A stretch of DNA of 64,000 nucleotides from Alphaproteobacteria bacterium. GTDB taxonomy: Bacteria > Pseudomonadota > Alphaproteobacteria > Bin95. Within the stretch, counting starts at the first letter, position 1. Each line of letters opens with the position of its first letter. Positions 23,220-33,810 of the stretch are shown one piece after another. The stretch covers positions 256,001-320,000 of the forward strand of contig OZ219788.1 in NCBI GenBank assembly GCA_964291285.2. The letters run 5' to 3'. The translations under genes were made by a program, and so were the position numbers. Under the pieces are notes generated by a model, which was not told the origin of the DNA, did not search any database, and was given only the letters and a program-made list of their open reading frames with translations.

Positions 23220-23599
23220 GCGGCGGAGCAAGGACGGCCCCGGGCGCCTGCCTCCCCGGCTCGGGGGCCGCCCTCCGATCCGGGGCCTGTGCGGACCGGT
23301 CGGGCGCCATGCTGCGCGGGCTCGCCGTGGTGTCCCTGGCGGCCGCGGCCCTGCTGGCCGGTGCGGACGCGGCGCTGGCAACCTCGGACACGACCTTCGG
23401 CGGGCCGTTGAACACGGTGACGGACATCGTGAGCGGCACCGGCGGCCAGCTCGCTGCCGCGCTCGCCGTGGGCGCCGCCCTGGTCGGCTCGGTGCTGCGT
23501 TTCAACGCCATGCAGCTGATGGGCGCGGTCGGCGTCGGCGTGGCGGCCGGTGCGGGCACCGGCATCGTCACCCGTCTGGTCGGCACGGCGATCGTGTGA
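23216..23599 (+). CDS. traA: F-type conjugative pilin precursor
   Basis: Leader plus two hydrophobic helices; directly upstream of traL. Confidence 0.72.
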   Translation: MSGGARTAPGACLPGSGAALRSGACADRSGAMLRGLAVVSLAAAALLAGADAALATSDTTFGGPLNTVTDIVSGTGGQLAAALAVGAALVGSVLRFNAMQLMGAVGVGVAAGAGTGIVTRLVGTAIV

Positions 23600-23892
23600 T
23601 GAACGACACCGCGCGCCACACCATCCCGCGCCGGCTCGACGATCCGGAGCGCTGGCTGTTCTGGACCGTCGACGAGGCCGCCGCGCTGATGGGCCCGGCC
23701 CTGCTCGGGCTTGCGGCCAATCAGTTCGTGCCGGGGCTGGTCGCGGGCGCCGGCGGCTGGCTGCTGCTGCGCCGGGTCAAGCGCGGCGGCGGGGCGAACA
23801 TCGCGCGCTACGCCCTCTACTGGTTCCTGCCGGACTTCGTGCTGCGCCTCAAGGCGACGCCGCCGAGCCATCTGCGCCGGTATGTCGGCTGA
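23596..23892 (+). CDS. traL: Type IV conjugative transfer protein TraL
   Basis: IPRRLDDPERWLFWTVDE, YWFLP, TPPSHLRRYVG. Confidence 0.92.
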   Translation: MMNDTARHTIPRRLDDPERWLFWTVDEAAALMGPALLGLAANQFVPGLVAGAGGWLLLRRVKRGGGANIARYALYWFLPDFVLRLKATPPSHLRRYVG

Positions 23893-24464
23893 TGCGGCGC
23901 GGCGACATGGACACCGCCCTGCGCCGGGTGCGGGACATCAGGCTCGCGCTCGGGCTGCTGCTGGTGCTGTCGATGGCGGTGAACCTGGCGCTCACCCTGA
24001 GCTTCGCCGGACGCGAGACGGTGACCGTGCTGGTGCCGGCAACGGCCGGGCCATCCTGGGAGGTCGGCGGCGGCGGGGTCGGCATCGACCGGGCCGGAGC
24101 GCGGTATCTGGAGGACATGGCGCGCACCGTGGCGGTAACGCTGCTGACACTGACGCCGGAGAACGCGGCCCATGTCCGCTTCGCGGCGGCGCGGCTGAGC
24201 CACGCCTCGGCGCGGGGCGCGATCGGCGCCTGGGTCGAGGCGGAGGCCGCCCGCATGGCCGGGCGCGACCTGGCAAGCGCCTTCTACCCCGCGGAGATCG
24301 AGGCCGAACCGGCGCGGCTCAGTGTCGAGATCGCGGGCGAGCTCGTGACCTGGATCGGGCGCGAGGAGGCTTCGCGCGAGGACCGGCGCTACCGGCTCGT
24401 CTTCCGCATCGACGCCGGGCGGATCGGGCTCCTGCGATTCGAACAACTGGAGGACGGAAAATGA
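23892..24464 (+). CDS. traE: TraE
   Basis: N-terminal TM, TVLVP, YLEDMA..LLTLTPEN; gene order. Confidence 0.88.
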   Translation: MRRGDMDTALRRVRDIRLALGLLLVLSMAVNLALTLSFAGRETVTVLVPATAGPSWEVGGGGVGIDRAGARYLEDMARTVAVTLLTLTPENAAHVRFAAARLSHASARGAIGAWVEAEAARMAGRDLASAFYPAEIEAEPARLSVEIAGELVTWIGREEASREDRRYRLVFRIDAGRIGLLRFEQLEDGK

Positions 24465-25255
24465 CACGGAAATACCGGCGGCGGTTCGCGCCGCTCCTTG
24501 CCATCGCCCTTGCCTGCATGGGCGCATTCGCGGCGCCGGTCCCGGTGCTGGCGATGCAGATCCTCGACGCCGCGGACCATGCCGAACTCGCGGCGGAGAT
24601 TTCCGCCACGAACGTCAGCCGCATCGCGCTGGCGGGCGACAGGATCGCGAAGGTGGTGCGCTCGCCGGACGGGTTCGCGGTCGAGCACGACGCCGCCTCG
24701 GGCGACCTCTATATCAGGCCGCTCTCGCAGGACGCCGGCGTGGAGGGCGATCCCGTCACGCTGTTCGTCGGCACCGAGCGAGGATTTACCTACCGGCTGA
24801 CCCTGACCCCGGCGTACCGGGACTCGGCGCAGATCCTGATCCGCAACGCGGCCGTTCTTCCGGACGCCGCGGTCTCCGATCCGGTTGCCGGCGGGCCGCA
24901 CGTCGCGGCGCTGGTGCGGCTGGTGCGCGCCGTGGCAAGGCGCGATCTGCTGCCCGGCTATGCCGTCCATGCAGGCGGGGAAGCGCCGCAGCCCGGCCTC
25001 ATGCTCATTGAGACCTGGCGGGGTCCGCGCTTCGCGGCGCTCGTCTTCGAGGCCGCGCGTCCGGCATCCCCCGGATCGTGGTCCGGGGCAGGTGAGGATG
25101 CGGACGGCGCAGCGGGCCTCGCCGGGACTATCGGGAGCCTGCCGGGCATCGGTCCCGTTGCCGCGCTCTGGCTGGCGCCGCCGGCTACCGGCCCCTCGGG
25201 CGGGCGGCTCGGCGTGGCGGTGGTCGAGGCCGCCGGCGCGGGAGGCCCGCAATGA
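24461..25255 (+). CDS. traK: TraK (secretin-like)
   Basis: Signal peptide; ISATNVSRIAL.GDRI, GDLYIRP, TLFVGTERGFTYRL. Confidence 0.88.
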   Translation: MTRKYRRRFAPLLAIALACMGAFAAPVPVLAMQILDAADHAELAAEISATNVSRIALAGDRIAKVVRSPDGFAVEHDAASGDLYIRPLSQDAGVEGDPVTLFVGTERGFTYRLTLTPAYRDSAQILIRNAAVLPDAAVSDPVAGGPHVAALVRLVRAVARRDLLPGYAVHAGGEAPQPGLMLIETWRGPRFAALVFEAARPASPGSWSGAGEDADGAAGLAGTIGSLPGIGPVAALWLAPPATGPSGGRLGVAVVEAAGAGGPQ

Positions 25256-26565
25256 ACGCCCGCCCCGACAGGCGCCCTGCCGGCGACGCGAACGACGCCG
25301 GCTCGTGGGCCGGGGCAGGCGCCGATGCGGTCCGGCGGCGACAGCTGCTGCTGTTCTCGGTCATCGCGGCGGTCGCGCTGGTCGCACTTGCCGCCTGGCT
25401 CGGCATGGGCGGAAGCAGGACCGGTGCGCCCGAGGGCGGCATCAAGGCCGGGATCGTGGAGCCTGACGCCGCCGAGATGGTCTGGACGCGGCGTTCGGAG
25501 GCGCGGCTCAACAAGATGGAGAACGCGCTGCGGCGGATGGAGCAGGAGGCGCGCCGGCTGCATACCGAGAACGAGGGGCTCCGGACCAGGCTGGAGGGGC
25601 AGACGGCGGACGCGCTCCGGACCATCGACGCCCACGAGGCGGCGATCGACGACCTTGAGCAGCGGCTTCAGCCGGCCGGGCCGGACGCCGCGCCGGGCAA
25701 CGTTCCCGCGGGCGATCCCTGGTTTCGGGGCCAGGCGCCGGCGCCGCCGGGCGGCGATCCGCAGCAGCCGGCCGCGCCGGCGCAGTCTCGTATGATCGAG
25801 ACCTTCGAGCTGGAGGGGGAGCCCCGGTCTTCGATAACCGACCCCCGCTCCGGTCCGGAGCTGGTGGCGGACGCCGTGGCGAAGCCGGTGTCCGTGTGGC
25901 TGCCGGCGGGCGCCCATGCGGAAGCGGTGGTGCTGGCCGGCGTCGACGCCTCCGCCGGGGTCTCCTCCCAGGGCGATCCCCGCCCGGTGCTGCTGCGCAT
26001 TGCAGGCCCGGCCTGGACCGCCGCCGAAGACGGAACCGCCCTGCAGGTCGACGTCGACGGCTGCACCGTCACCGGCGCGGCCCACGGCGACCTCTCCTCG
26101 GAGAAGGTCTATGTGCGTTTCCGCACCATGACCTGCGCCGGGCCGGAGTCGGGCACCGTGATCGAGACCGACGTCGCCGGGTTCGTTGCGGGCTCCGGCA
26201 AGACCGGGGTGCGCGGCCCGGTGGTGAGCCGCGAGGGCGCGCTGGTCGAGAAGGCGTTCCTCGCCGGGCTGGTCTCCGGCGTCGGACAGGGCGTCTCCCA
26301 GGCGTTCCAGCCGCAGGCTGTCGCCACGGGCGGCGGCGCGGCCGTCGCCAACACCGCGCTCGGCGACATCGGGCGCGCGGGCCTCGGCGCCGGGGCGTCG
26401 AGCGGGGGGAGCAAGGTCGCCGACTACATGATCCGCCGCGCCGAGCAGTACCAGCCGGTGATCCAGCTCCAGGCCGGGACGAAGGTGACGCTGGTGTTCC
26501 TCGAGGGCGCCCGCATCGACGGCCGCGCGCCGATCCAGACAACCCGGAAAGGACAAGAACAATGA
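25252..26565 (+). CDS. traB: TraB (VirB10-like)
   Basis: TM plus coiled coil; LPAG..A.VL.GVDA, DPRPVLLRI, GDLSSEKVYVR, YMIRRAEQYQPVI. Confidence 0.93.
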   Translation: MNARPDRRPAGDANDAGSWAGAGADAVRRRQLLLFSVIAAVALVALAAWLGMGGSRTGAPEGGIKAGIVEPDAAEMVWTRRSEARLNKMENALRRMEQEARRLHTENEGLRTRLEGQTADALRTIDAHEAAIDDLEQRLQPAGPDAAPGNVPAGDPWFRGQAPAPPGGDPQQPAAPAQSRMIETFELEGEPRSSITDPRSGPELVADAVAKPVSVWLPAGAHAEAVVLAGVDASAGVSSQGDPRPVLLRIAGPAWTAAEDGTALQVDVDGCTVTGAAHGDLSSEKVYVRFRTMTCAGPESGTVIETDVAGFVAGSGKTGVRGPVVSREGALVEKAFLAGLVSGVGQGVSQAFQPQAVATGGGAAVANTALGDIGRAGLGAGASSGGSKVADYMIRRAEQYQPVIQLQAGTKVTLVFLEGARIDGRAPIQTTRKGQEQ

Positions 26566-27218
26566 TGCTTCCCACGAAACACCCGCGCCGCTTGGCGCTT
26601 CCGGCCGCCGTGCTGACCGCGCTCCTGCTCGCCGGCTGCTCGTCGGGCCATGTCGGCGAGAGCTGGCAATGCCCGCTGGCCGACACCGGGAGCTGCAACA
26701 GCGTCGCCGCCGCCGACCCGGCGGTGCCGGATATGGATGCGGCCCGGAACGCCGTGCTCGCGGAGCCGCTCTGGCGGATGCGCGGCGGGGACGCCGGCAC
26801 GGTGTCGCCGGAGAACGACGCGCCCTGCGATGCCGCCTGCGACGGCGGGTTCGATCCCTTCGCCTGGCTGGCGCGGATGTTGGGGGTCGAGGAGGATGAC
26901 TCGCGGAAGGCCGATCGGGAGAAGACCGCCGCGACCGGCCCGGTCCGGCTCCTGCCGACCGAAGCCCCGACCCCCTCCGCGCTCCCGGCCGAACCGGGCT
27001 CCGCCGCCCTTCCAGGCGAACCGGTCCCTCTCCCGGCCGAACCCGGCGCGCGCGAACTGCGCCCAGTCGTCGAAGACCCTCGTGACGCCGATCTCCGCAC
27101 CGACGAGGTGGTGGCGCGCATCTGGATCGCGCCCTTCGTCGACGCCGGAGGCGTCTATCGCGAGGCGTCCTGGGTCCGGGCGGTGCTGGAGCCGGCCGGC
27201 TGGAGGCTCGCGCGGTGA
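26562..27218 (+). CDS. traV: TraV lipoprotein
   Basis: Lipobox LLLAGC; WQCP...CNSV; RTDEVVARIWIAPFVD..G. Confidence 0.88.
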   Translation: MMLPTKHPRRLALPAAVLTALLLAGCSSGHVGESWQCPLADTGSCNSVAAADPAVPDMDAARNAVLAEPLWRMRGGDAGTVSPENDAPCDAACDGGFDPFAWLARMLGVEEDDSRKADREKTAATGPVRLLPTEAPTPSALPAEPGSAALPGEPVPLPAEPGARELRPVVEDPRDADLRTDEVVARIWIAPFVDAGGVYREASWVRAVLEPAGWRLAR

Positions 27219-29791
27219 AGCGGCTGCTGGAACTCTTCGACGGGCCGGAGGCGCCTGGCCCCTGGTCGCCGCCGGAAATGACCGCCGCGCTGCACGCGCT
27301 GCTGCCCTGGCGCGCCTGGGAGGAATCGAGCGAGCTTTACGTCAATGCCGCGAGCGCGGGCTTCGTCATCGAGCTGCCGCCGTTCGCGGGAATCGACGGC
27401 GAGACCCTGGGCGCGCTCTCCGGCACGCTGGCCGACGCGGCGCCCGAACGCTGCACCATCCAGGTCATCCACTGGGCGAGCCCGCGCTTCGGCGCGGCCT
27501 CCCGCGCCTGGGCAGCGCCCCGTTCGGACGCCGGCGGGGCCCTGTCCCGGATGGGAGCGCGCCGCCGCGACCTGCTGGCGCCCGGCGGCTGGCGGCGCCT
27601 TCATGCGGGCGGCCCGCCCTTCACCCTCTCGGACTACCGGGTGTTCGTGACCGCCTGCCTTGCGGCCGGTCCCGGCCCGGCCACGGAGACCGCGCTCGGC
27701 GCGTTCCGCCGGGCGCTGGAGGGCACGCTCGCCTCGGCAGGCGCGCAGACGCGCCGGCTGGAGCCGGATGCGCTGTTGTCGCTCGCGGCCGAGCTGGTCG
27801 CGCCCGATATCGGCGGATACCGTGACGGCGGCGCCGAGCGGCCTGCACGCCGCTGGGCGCCGCGCGATCCGCTGCACGAACAGTGCATCGCGCCGGGCCG
27901 TGCGCTCACGGTCCACCCCACCGGCCTCGCCTTCCACCATCCCGACGGCGGCCGGGACGGCGGCTCCGGGGACATCGCCGTCCGGGTGCTCTCGGCCGTC
28001 GCCTTCCCGGAGGTGTGGCCGGGCTGGCGCGGCAACGCGCTGATCGGCGACTTCCACAGGGATTTCCTCCAGCCCGGCTGCCCGGTGCTGACCTGCCTCA
28101 CCGTGACCACGGGGGACGAGGCGGCGGGCGAGAAGGCGTTCCTCAAATCCGCCCGCGCGACCCAGCAGGCCGGAACCGGCATCGCCAGATACCTGCCAGG
28201 GCTGCCCGAGAAGGCGCGCGACTGGCAGGCGGTCACCGAGCGGATCAAGGACGGCGAGAAGCTGGTCCGCGCCTGCTACATGGCGGCGGTCTACGCCCCC
28301 CTGGACGCCCTCGACGAGGCCGAGCAGGCGGTGCGCGCGATCTATCACGGGCAGGGCTGGCGCGTGAACGCGGAACGCTACGTGCAGCTCCCCTCCTGGC
28401 TCGCCTGTCTGCCGATGGCGTCGGCCGGCGGCCTCGACGCCGACCTCGAACGCATGGGCCGGATGAAGACCCTGCTGACCTCCAGCGCCGTCAACCTCGC
28501 GCCGCTCCACGGCGAATGGCGCGGCCAGGGCAACGTGCCCCCCGGGCCTGGCAACCCCGACAATCCCCCGGCCCTGCTGCTGATCGGGCGCCGGGGCCAG
28601 CCGGCCTGCTGGTCGCCCTTCGCCAACGAGGCCGGCAACTACAACGTCGCCGTCACCGGCAAGTCCGGCTCCGGCAAGTCGGTGCTGATGCAGGAACTCG
28701 TCACCGGTCTGATCGGCGCCGGCGGCGAGGCCGTGGTGATCGACGACGGGCGCTCGTTCCAGCACACGGCCGAGGCCCTGGGCGGGGCGTTCATCGCCTT
28801 CGGCAAGGACCCCGCCTGCCTCAACCCGTTCGCCATGATCGACGCCGGGACCGCCGAGCATGACGGCGATTACCGGGAAGAGTGCTTCGCCATGCTGGCC
28901 GGCGTCATCGGCCGCATGGCGCGGCGCCGGGGCAGTATCGACGACATTGAGGCGGCGCTGATTGCGGAGGCCATCGCGGCGGCCTGGGACGAGGCGGGCA
29001 ACGGTGCCGATCTGGGCACGGTGCGGAAGAATCTGGAGGCCCGCGACGACCGAAGGGCGAAGGACATGGCAACCGCTTTGGGTCCCTGGTGCCCGGGAGG
29101 CGCCATGGGCCGGCTGTTCGCGGGCTCGAACGTACCGGACCTGGAGAACGCCATGACGGTGTTCGAGCTGGCCGAGCTCAAGGGGCGGGGCGACGTCCAG
29201 GCGGTGGTGCTGATGCTCGTCGTGTTCCTCAGCACGCAGCGCATGTATCACGGCCCCCGCACGCGGGCGAAGGCCATCGTCATCGACGAGGCCTGGGACC
29301 TACTCTCGGGCGAGGACTCGAAGGCGTTCCTCGAAGGCGCCGCCCGCCGCGCCCGGAAATATCGCGGCGCGCTCATCACCGGCACGCAGTCGGTCAACGA
29401 CTACTACGCCAATCCCGCCGCGCGCGCCGCCTGGGAGAACTCGGACTGGGTGATCTTCCTCGCCCAGAAGGACGAGTCGGTCGAGCTGCTGAAGTCCGAG
29501 AAGCGCATCCACTGCGATCCCGGCATGGAGCGCGCGCTGAAGAGCCTGACCACCGCCGACGGTCGCTATGCGGAACTCGTCCTCCACGGCCCGGACGGCT
29601 GGCGGGTCGCGCGGCTGGTGCTCGATGCCTGGTCGGTGGCGCTGTTCTCCTCGCGAGGGCCCGCCTTCGCCGCCGTGGAAAACCTCAAGGCGCAGGGCCT
29701 CACCACCGTCGAGGCCATCGACCGGCTGGCGGGCGACCCTGCCGCCGCTGCCGGACATTCAGAAACACCGGAAACGGAGGAAGCCGCATGA
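27215..29791 (+). CDS. traC: TraC (VirB4-like ATPase)
   Basis: GNYNVAVTGKSGSGKS, IDDGRSF, IVIDEAW, RRARKYRG, AAWENSDW. Confidence 0.95.
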   Translation: MKRLLELFDGPEAPGPWSPPEMTAALHALLPWRAWEESSELYVNAASAGFVIELPPFAGIDGETLGALSGTLADAAPERCTIQVIHWASPRFGAASRAWAAPRSDAGGALSRMGARRRDLLAPGGWRRLHAGGPPFTLSDYRVFVTACLAAGPGPATETALGAFRRALEGTLASAGAQTRRLEPDALLSLAAELVAPDIGGYRDGGAERPARRWAPRDPLHEQCIAPGRALTVHPTGLAFHHPDGGRDGGSGDIAVRVLSAVAFPEVWPGWRGNALIGDFHRDFLQPGCPVLTCLTVTTGDEAAGEKAFLKSARATQQAGTGIARYLPGLPEKARDWQAVTERIKDGEKLVRACYMAAVYAPLDALDEAEQAVRAIYHGQGWRVNAERYVQLPSWLACLPMASAGGLDADLERMGRMKTLLTSSAVNLAPLHGEWRGQGNVPPGPGNPDNPPALLLIGRRGQPACWSPFANEAGNYNVAVTGKSGSGKSVLMQELVTGLIGAGGEAVVIDDGRSFQHTAEALGGAFIAFGKDPACLNPFAMIDAGTAEHDGDYREECFAMLAGVIGRMARRRGSIDDIEAALIAEAIAAAWDEAGNGADLGTVRKNLEARDDRRAKDMATALGPWCPGGAMGRLFAGSNVPDLENAMTVFELAELKGRGDVQAVVLMLVVFLSTQRMYHGPRTRAKAIVIDEAWDLLSGEDSKAFLEGAARRARKYRGALITGTQSVNDYYANPAARAAWENSDWVIFLAQKDESVELLKSEKRIHCDPGMERALKSLTTADGRYAELVLHGPDGWRVARLVLDAWSVALFSSRGPAFAAVENLKAQGLTTVEAIDRLAGDPAAAAGHSETPETEEAA

Positions 29792-30212
29792 CGGGAAGGA
29801 CAGGCGCAGTGCGTCGGCGACGCGCGAATACGGGGCGACCGCTCAACTGGCCGGGCGATCCGGAGACTGTGACCGCCGCCGACATCGACTTCACCACACT
29901 GGCACATGTGCTCGCCAACACCTGCCGCCACGAGGGCTGCACCCGGCTCTACCACTCGGTCGCGGCCCATGCAGTGTTCGTCAGCGAGGAGATCGCGGCG
30001 CTCGACGGGCTGGGCGAGGAGGACTGCCGGACGCTCGCGCTGCACGCGCTGGTCGCCGATGCACCGTCCGCCTGGCTCCGGGGGCGCATGGCGGACTCGC
30101 AGCGCGCGGCAGACCGCGCCGGAAAGCTCGCCGCCGGGATCGAGACCGCGGTGCGCGCGGCGGCGGGCCTCGATGCTGTGCTCGACGGGGAACAGGCGGA
30201 ATTGCTCCGGTT
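29788..30212 (+). pseudogene. YfbR-like HD-fold protein, 5' part, interrupted by the group II intron
   Basis: DIDFTTLAHVLANTCR..G....HSVAAH, ALHALVADA (HD motif degenerate); cut at GTGCG 30213. Confidence 0.7.
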
Positions 30213-32432
30213 GTGCGCCGTGAAGACCAAGAAGGAGAGAAAACATGAGTTAACTCAACGGCTTGGTCGTGCCGATGATCGACCGGTGGCTGAAACGCCA
30301 CCCCGTCCGGCGGAGGGTGCCGGACGGAAGGGGGTCGCTAAGTTCCGCCGTTTTCCGGCGGCGGGGCGAAAAAGCTGCGACCTGAACTGGACCGGACGCG
30401 AGCCGTCGCTCGCGGGCCGGGCTACCACAGGACCTATGGCGAGCGACATGCGAAGCATGCGTCGGAAGCCTCTTTACTTACAGCTCGACCCTCAATGGCC
30501 CGACGGGGCGGAGGGAATGCGGACCGAACCGGTTGGCCTAAGCGTTGCCTTCTGGTGGGTGCGCCAATCGCACTCGGATACGGGTCAACCCTTCTATCCC
30601 GTATCCCCGAGCCGCAAGGGGTAGAGCATGCCGCCTAAGGGTCTGAGGTTTGTCATCGGAACACGGGAACCCATGCCGTCCGCCCGGTACGGAGCCGGGC
30701 TAGCCGCGGAGAACGGAGACGGTCTGCATGGGGGCAGAGCCCTCGTAGTAGTCGGAGCGCGGGAAAGCCGCGCACATGGCGAAGGGGGGCAGAAGGTGGA
30801 ACGACTTTCATGACGGAGGGACTGTCGATGGACTTCGATAATCAGGCCGAAAAGGCTTGGCTCCTCAGCGTGCAGCGGAAGTTGTACCAGTGGAGTAAGG
30901 AGACGCCCGAAGGTGCCTACGGCGATGTGTGGAACTGGGTAACCGATCCGCGCAATCTTCGCTGTGCTTGGCAGACGATTGCCCACAATAAGGGCAGACG
31001 GACGCCGGGTGTCGACGGGTTGACGGTGGCGAAAATCGCCGCCGGCGACGGAGGCGTACCGCTCTTTCTGGACGGGTTGCGGGAGGCGCTGCGGAACGGC
31101 AGCTACCGACCGTCGCCCGCGAGGCGAAAGTGGATTCCGAAGCCGGGCAGACCGGGAAAGTTCCGACCCCTCGGTATCCCCACCGTCGCTGATCGCGTGG
31201 TGCAATGCGCGGTCAAGAATATCCTGGAGCCGATCTTCGAGGCGCGTTTCTGGCAAGTCTCCTACGGGTTCCGGCCCGGACGGGGCTGCCATGGCGCACT
31301 CGAACACATCCGGCAGACCATTCGCCCCTCCAAAATCGCGGCGGATGGAGTGCATCGCGACCCTCCCTATCAATGGGTGATTGAAGGCGACATCGAGGGC
31401 TGCTTCGACAATATCGGCCATCACCACCTGATGGACCGCGTGCGGAAATCCTGCGCGGATCGGAAGGTGAACCGGCTGATCGTGCGGTTCCTCAAGGCCG
31501 GAGTGCTGGAGGATTTTGTTTACAATCCGACGGCCACCGGCACGCCTCAAGGGGGCGTTCTGTCACCGTTGCTGGCCAACATCGCGCTAAGCGCGATCGA
31601 GGAACGGTACTGGCGGTGGGTCAGGCTCCCGCATGATCCCAAGCTTCGCACAGACGGGGCGAGAAGGGCTGCGGTCCGGCGCATCAAGGAAAGGAGGGCC
31701 GGGCGACTGGTCCTCTACCCGGTCCGGTATGCCGACGACTTCCTGATCTTCGTGTCCGGCAGCTACGAGGACGCGGTTGCCGAAAGGCAGGCGCTTGCCG
31801 AATGGCTGCGCGAGGAGATGGGGCTGACGCTATCGGAACAGAAGACGCGGGTCACCGCACTGACGGAAGGGTTCCGGTTCCTTGGCTGTCTGGTTCGTCT
31901 CAAATGGGACGACCGGTATGGCTACTGGTGCCGGGTCGAAATCCCGAAGGAGGTGGTCAACGACTTCCGCTGGCGGGTGAAGAAAGTGCTCAGGCGGCAG
32001 ACGCAAGGTCGGTCGCTGGAAAGCATGCTCCAGGAAGTCAATCCGCTCCTCCGGGGATGGGCCAACTACTACCGATACTGCATCGGTGCGAAGCGCATTC
32101 TGTGCGCTCTGGACCGGTATGTGGGCCATCGGCTCTGGCTGTGGCTACGGAGTAAGCACAAGCGCGTTCCCACGAGGAGGCTGTCCAAGATATGGCTCCG
32201 GCGTAGCCGGGTCCATCCGGGCACTCGTGCCTGGGCCGAGGGCGGCGTTGAGCAATACCTCATGGCCTACGTTCGGGTCGCGCGGTTCGAGCTCAAATGG
32301 ATGAGGTCTCCCGACTTCGCGAAAGCCTTTGGAGAGCCGGATGCATAACGAAAGGTGCACGTCCGGTTCGGAGGGCGGGCCGAAGAAACCCGGCGGCCGT
32401 AAGGCCGACAGGGCGCTTCGGTCCGACCCTAT
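30213..32432 (+). mobile_element. Group II intron
   Basis: 5' GTGCG; domain V GAGCCGGATGC..GAAA..GCACGTCCGGTTC at about 32334-32369; domain VI ending ACCCTAT; internal RT ORF. Confidence 0.92.
30810..32348 (+). CDS. ltrA: Group II intron reverse transcriptase/maturase (no HNH endonuclease domain seen)
   Basis: TPGVDG, RPLGIPTVADR, SYGFRPGR, EGDIEGCFD, GTPQGGVLSPLLANI, RYADDF, GWANYY. Confidence 0.95.
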   Translation: MTEGLSMDFDNQAEKAWLLSVQRKLYQWSKETPEGAYGDVWNWVTDPRNLRCAWQTIAHNKGRRTPGVDGLTVAKIAAGDGGVPLFLDGLREALRNGSYRPSPARRKWIPKPGRPGKFRPLGIPTVADRVVQCAVKNILEPIFEARFWQVSYGFRPGRGCHGALEHIRQTIRPSKIAADGVHRDPPYQWVIEGDIEGCFDNIGHHHLMDRVRKSCADRKVNRLIVRFLKAGVLEDFVYNPTATGTPQGGVLSPLLANIALSAIEERYWRWVRLPHDPKLRTDGARRAAVRRIKERRAGRLVLYPVRYADDFLIFVSGSYEDAVAERQALAEWLREEMGLTLSEQKTRVTALTEGFRFLGCLVRLKWDDRYGYWCRVEIPKEVVNDFRWRVKKVLRRQTQGRSLESMLQEVNPLLRGWANYYRYCIGAKRILCALDRYVGHRLWLWLRSKHKRVPTRRLSKIWLRRSRVHPGTRAWAEGGVEQYLMAYVRVARFELKWMRSPDFAKAFGEPDA

Positions 32433-32473
32433 GGCTGTGGCGGAACACGAAGCCGTAGATCGTCTTTTCCATG
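32433..32473 (-). pseudogene. Probable 5' stub of an ABC-transporter gene (MEKTIYGFVFRHS) cut at the intron end
   Basis: GGGAG RBS; N-terminus resembles ABC transporters that I recall neighbouring this glycosyltransferase cluster. Confidence 0.4.
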
Positions 32474-32604
32474 CCGGCTGGCTCCCGCGCCCGGACCGAT
32501 GCCCGCATCATGGGCCTATCCGGGGCAATTGAAAGTGCGGCTCGCGCACACGACATTCACATTCAGTGGAGCGGCGGCGCCGGAGATATGCGATAGTCGG
32601 GGTC

Positions 32605-33810
32605 ATGCGGGGCAAGCGTATCCTCATCTACAGCCATGACAGCTTCGGGCTCGGCCATCTGCGCCGCTGCCGGACGATCGCGCATGCGCTGGTCGGCAGG
32701 CGCCGGGACCTCTCGGTGCTGATCCTCTCCGGCTCGCCGATCATCGGCAGCTTCGACTTCCGCACCCGCGTCGACTTCGTCCGCGTGCCGGGCATGATCA
32801 AGCTGCGCAACGGCGACTACACGCCGCTTAATCTAAACATGGCTCCGGAAGAGACGCTGGCGATGCGCGCCTCGATCATCCGCCACACGGCGGAGATCTT
32901 CGACCCGGACCTGTTCCTGGTGGACAAGGAGCCGCTCGGCCTGCGCGGCGAGGTGGCCGAGACGCTGGGCATCCTGCGCCGGCGGGGTACGCGCCTCGTG
33001 CTCGGCCTGCGCGACGTGATGGACGAGCCGGAAATGCTGGCGCCGGAATGGGAGCGCAAGAACGTCGCCCCGGCGCTCTCGCGGCTCTACGACCAGATCT
33101 GGATATACGGCCTGCCGCAGATCTGCGACCCGCTGGACGGCCTCGGCCTGTCGGAGACGGTGCAGCGCAAGGCGGTCTATACCGGCTACCTGCCGCGCAG
33201 CGTACCGGATGCGCCGCTCTCGCCGGAAGCCGAGCGCGCGGCGGACGAACCGTTCGTGCTGGTGACGGCCGGCGGCGGCGGCGACGGCGACGAGCTGATC
33301 GACTGGGTGCTGCGCGCCTATGAGCAGGCAGGGCCGATGCCATGGCGGGCCGTGCTGGTGTTCGGGCCCTTCATGCCCTCGGAGCGCCAGGCGGAGTTCC
33401 GCCAGCGGGCGGCGGCGCTGCCGCAGGTCTCGACGCTCGTGTTCGACGCGCATCTGGAAGCCCTGATGGAGCGGGCCGCCGGCGTGGTCGCCATGGGCGG
33501 CTACAACACCTTCTGCGAGATCCTCTCGCTCGACAAGCCGGCCGTGATCGTGCCGCGCACTCGGCCCCGGCTGGAGCAGCGCATCCGCGCCGAGCGCGCC
33601 CAGGAACTCGGCCTCGTGCGGATGCTCGATCCCGACTTCCTCGCCGACACCCGCGCCATGGCGGCGGCGATTCGGAACCTCGCCGTGCAGAACCGTCCGT
33701 CCGAAGTGGTCGTGCCGGGCCTGATGGACGGCGTGGAGAGCATCGCGCGGCTCACCGACCTGGCGTTGGAGCGGCCGGCAGCCGAGCCGCTCAGGCTTGT
33801 GCAGCCTTGA
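32605..33810 (+). CDS. Predicted GT-B glycosyltransferase (COG4671-like)
   Basis: YSHDSFGLGHLRR, VTAGGGGDG, MGGYNTFCE, PR..PRLEQ. Confidence 0.9.
   Translation: MRGKRILIYSHDSFGLGHLRRCRTIAHALVGRRRDLSVLILSGSPIIGSFDFRTRVDFVRVPGMIKLRNGDYTPLNLNMAPEETLAMRASIIRHTAEIFDPDLFLVDKEPLGLRGEVAETLGILRRRGTRLVLGLRDVMDEPEMLAPEWERKNVAPALSRLYDQIWIYGLPQICDPLDGLGLSETVQRKAVYTGYLPRSVPDAPLSPEAERAADEPFVLVTAGGGGDGDELIDWVLRAYEQAGPMPWRAVLVFGPFMPSERQAEFRQRAAALPQVSTLVFDAHLEALMERAAGVVAMGGYNTFCEILSLDKPAVIVPRTRPRLEQRIRAERAQELGLVRMLDPDFLADTRAMAAAIRNLAVQNRPSEVVVPGLMDGVESIARLTDLALERPAAEPLRLVQP

Noticed and set aside
30810-32348. RT as a retron, DGR or defence RT
   Set aside because: It has a maturase domain, a GTGCG start and domain V/VI, so it is an ordinary group II intron.
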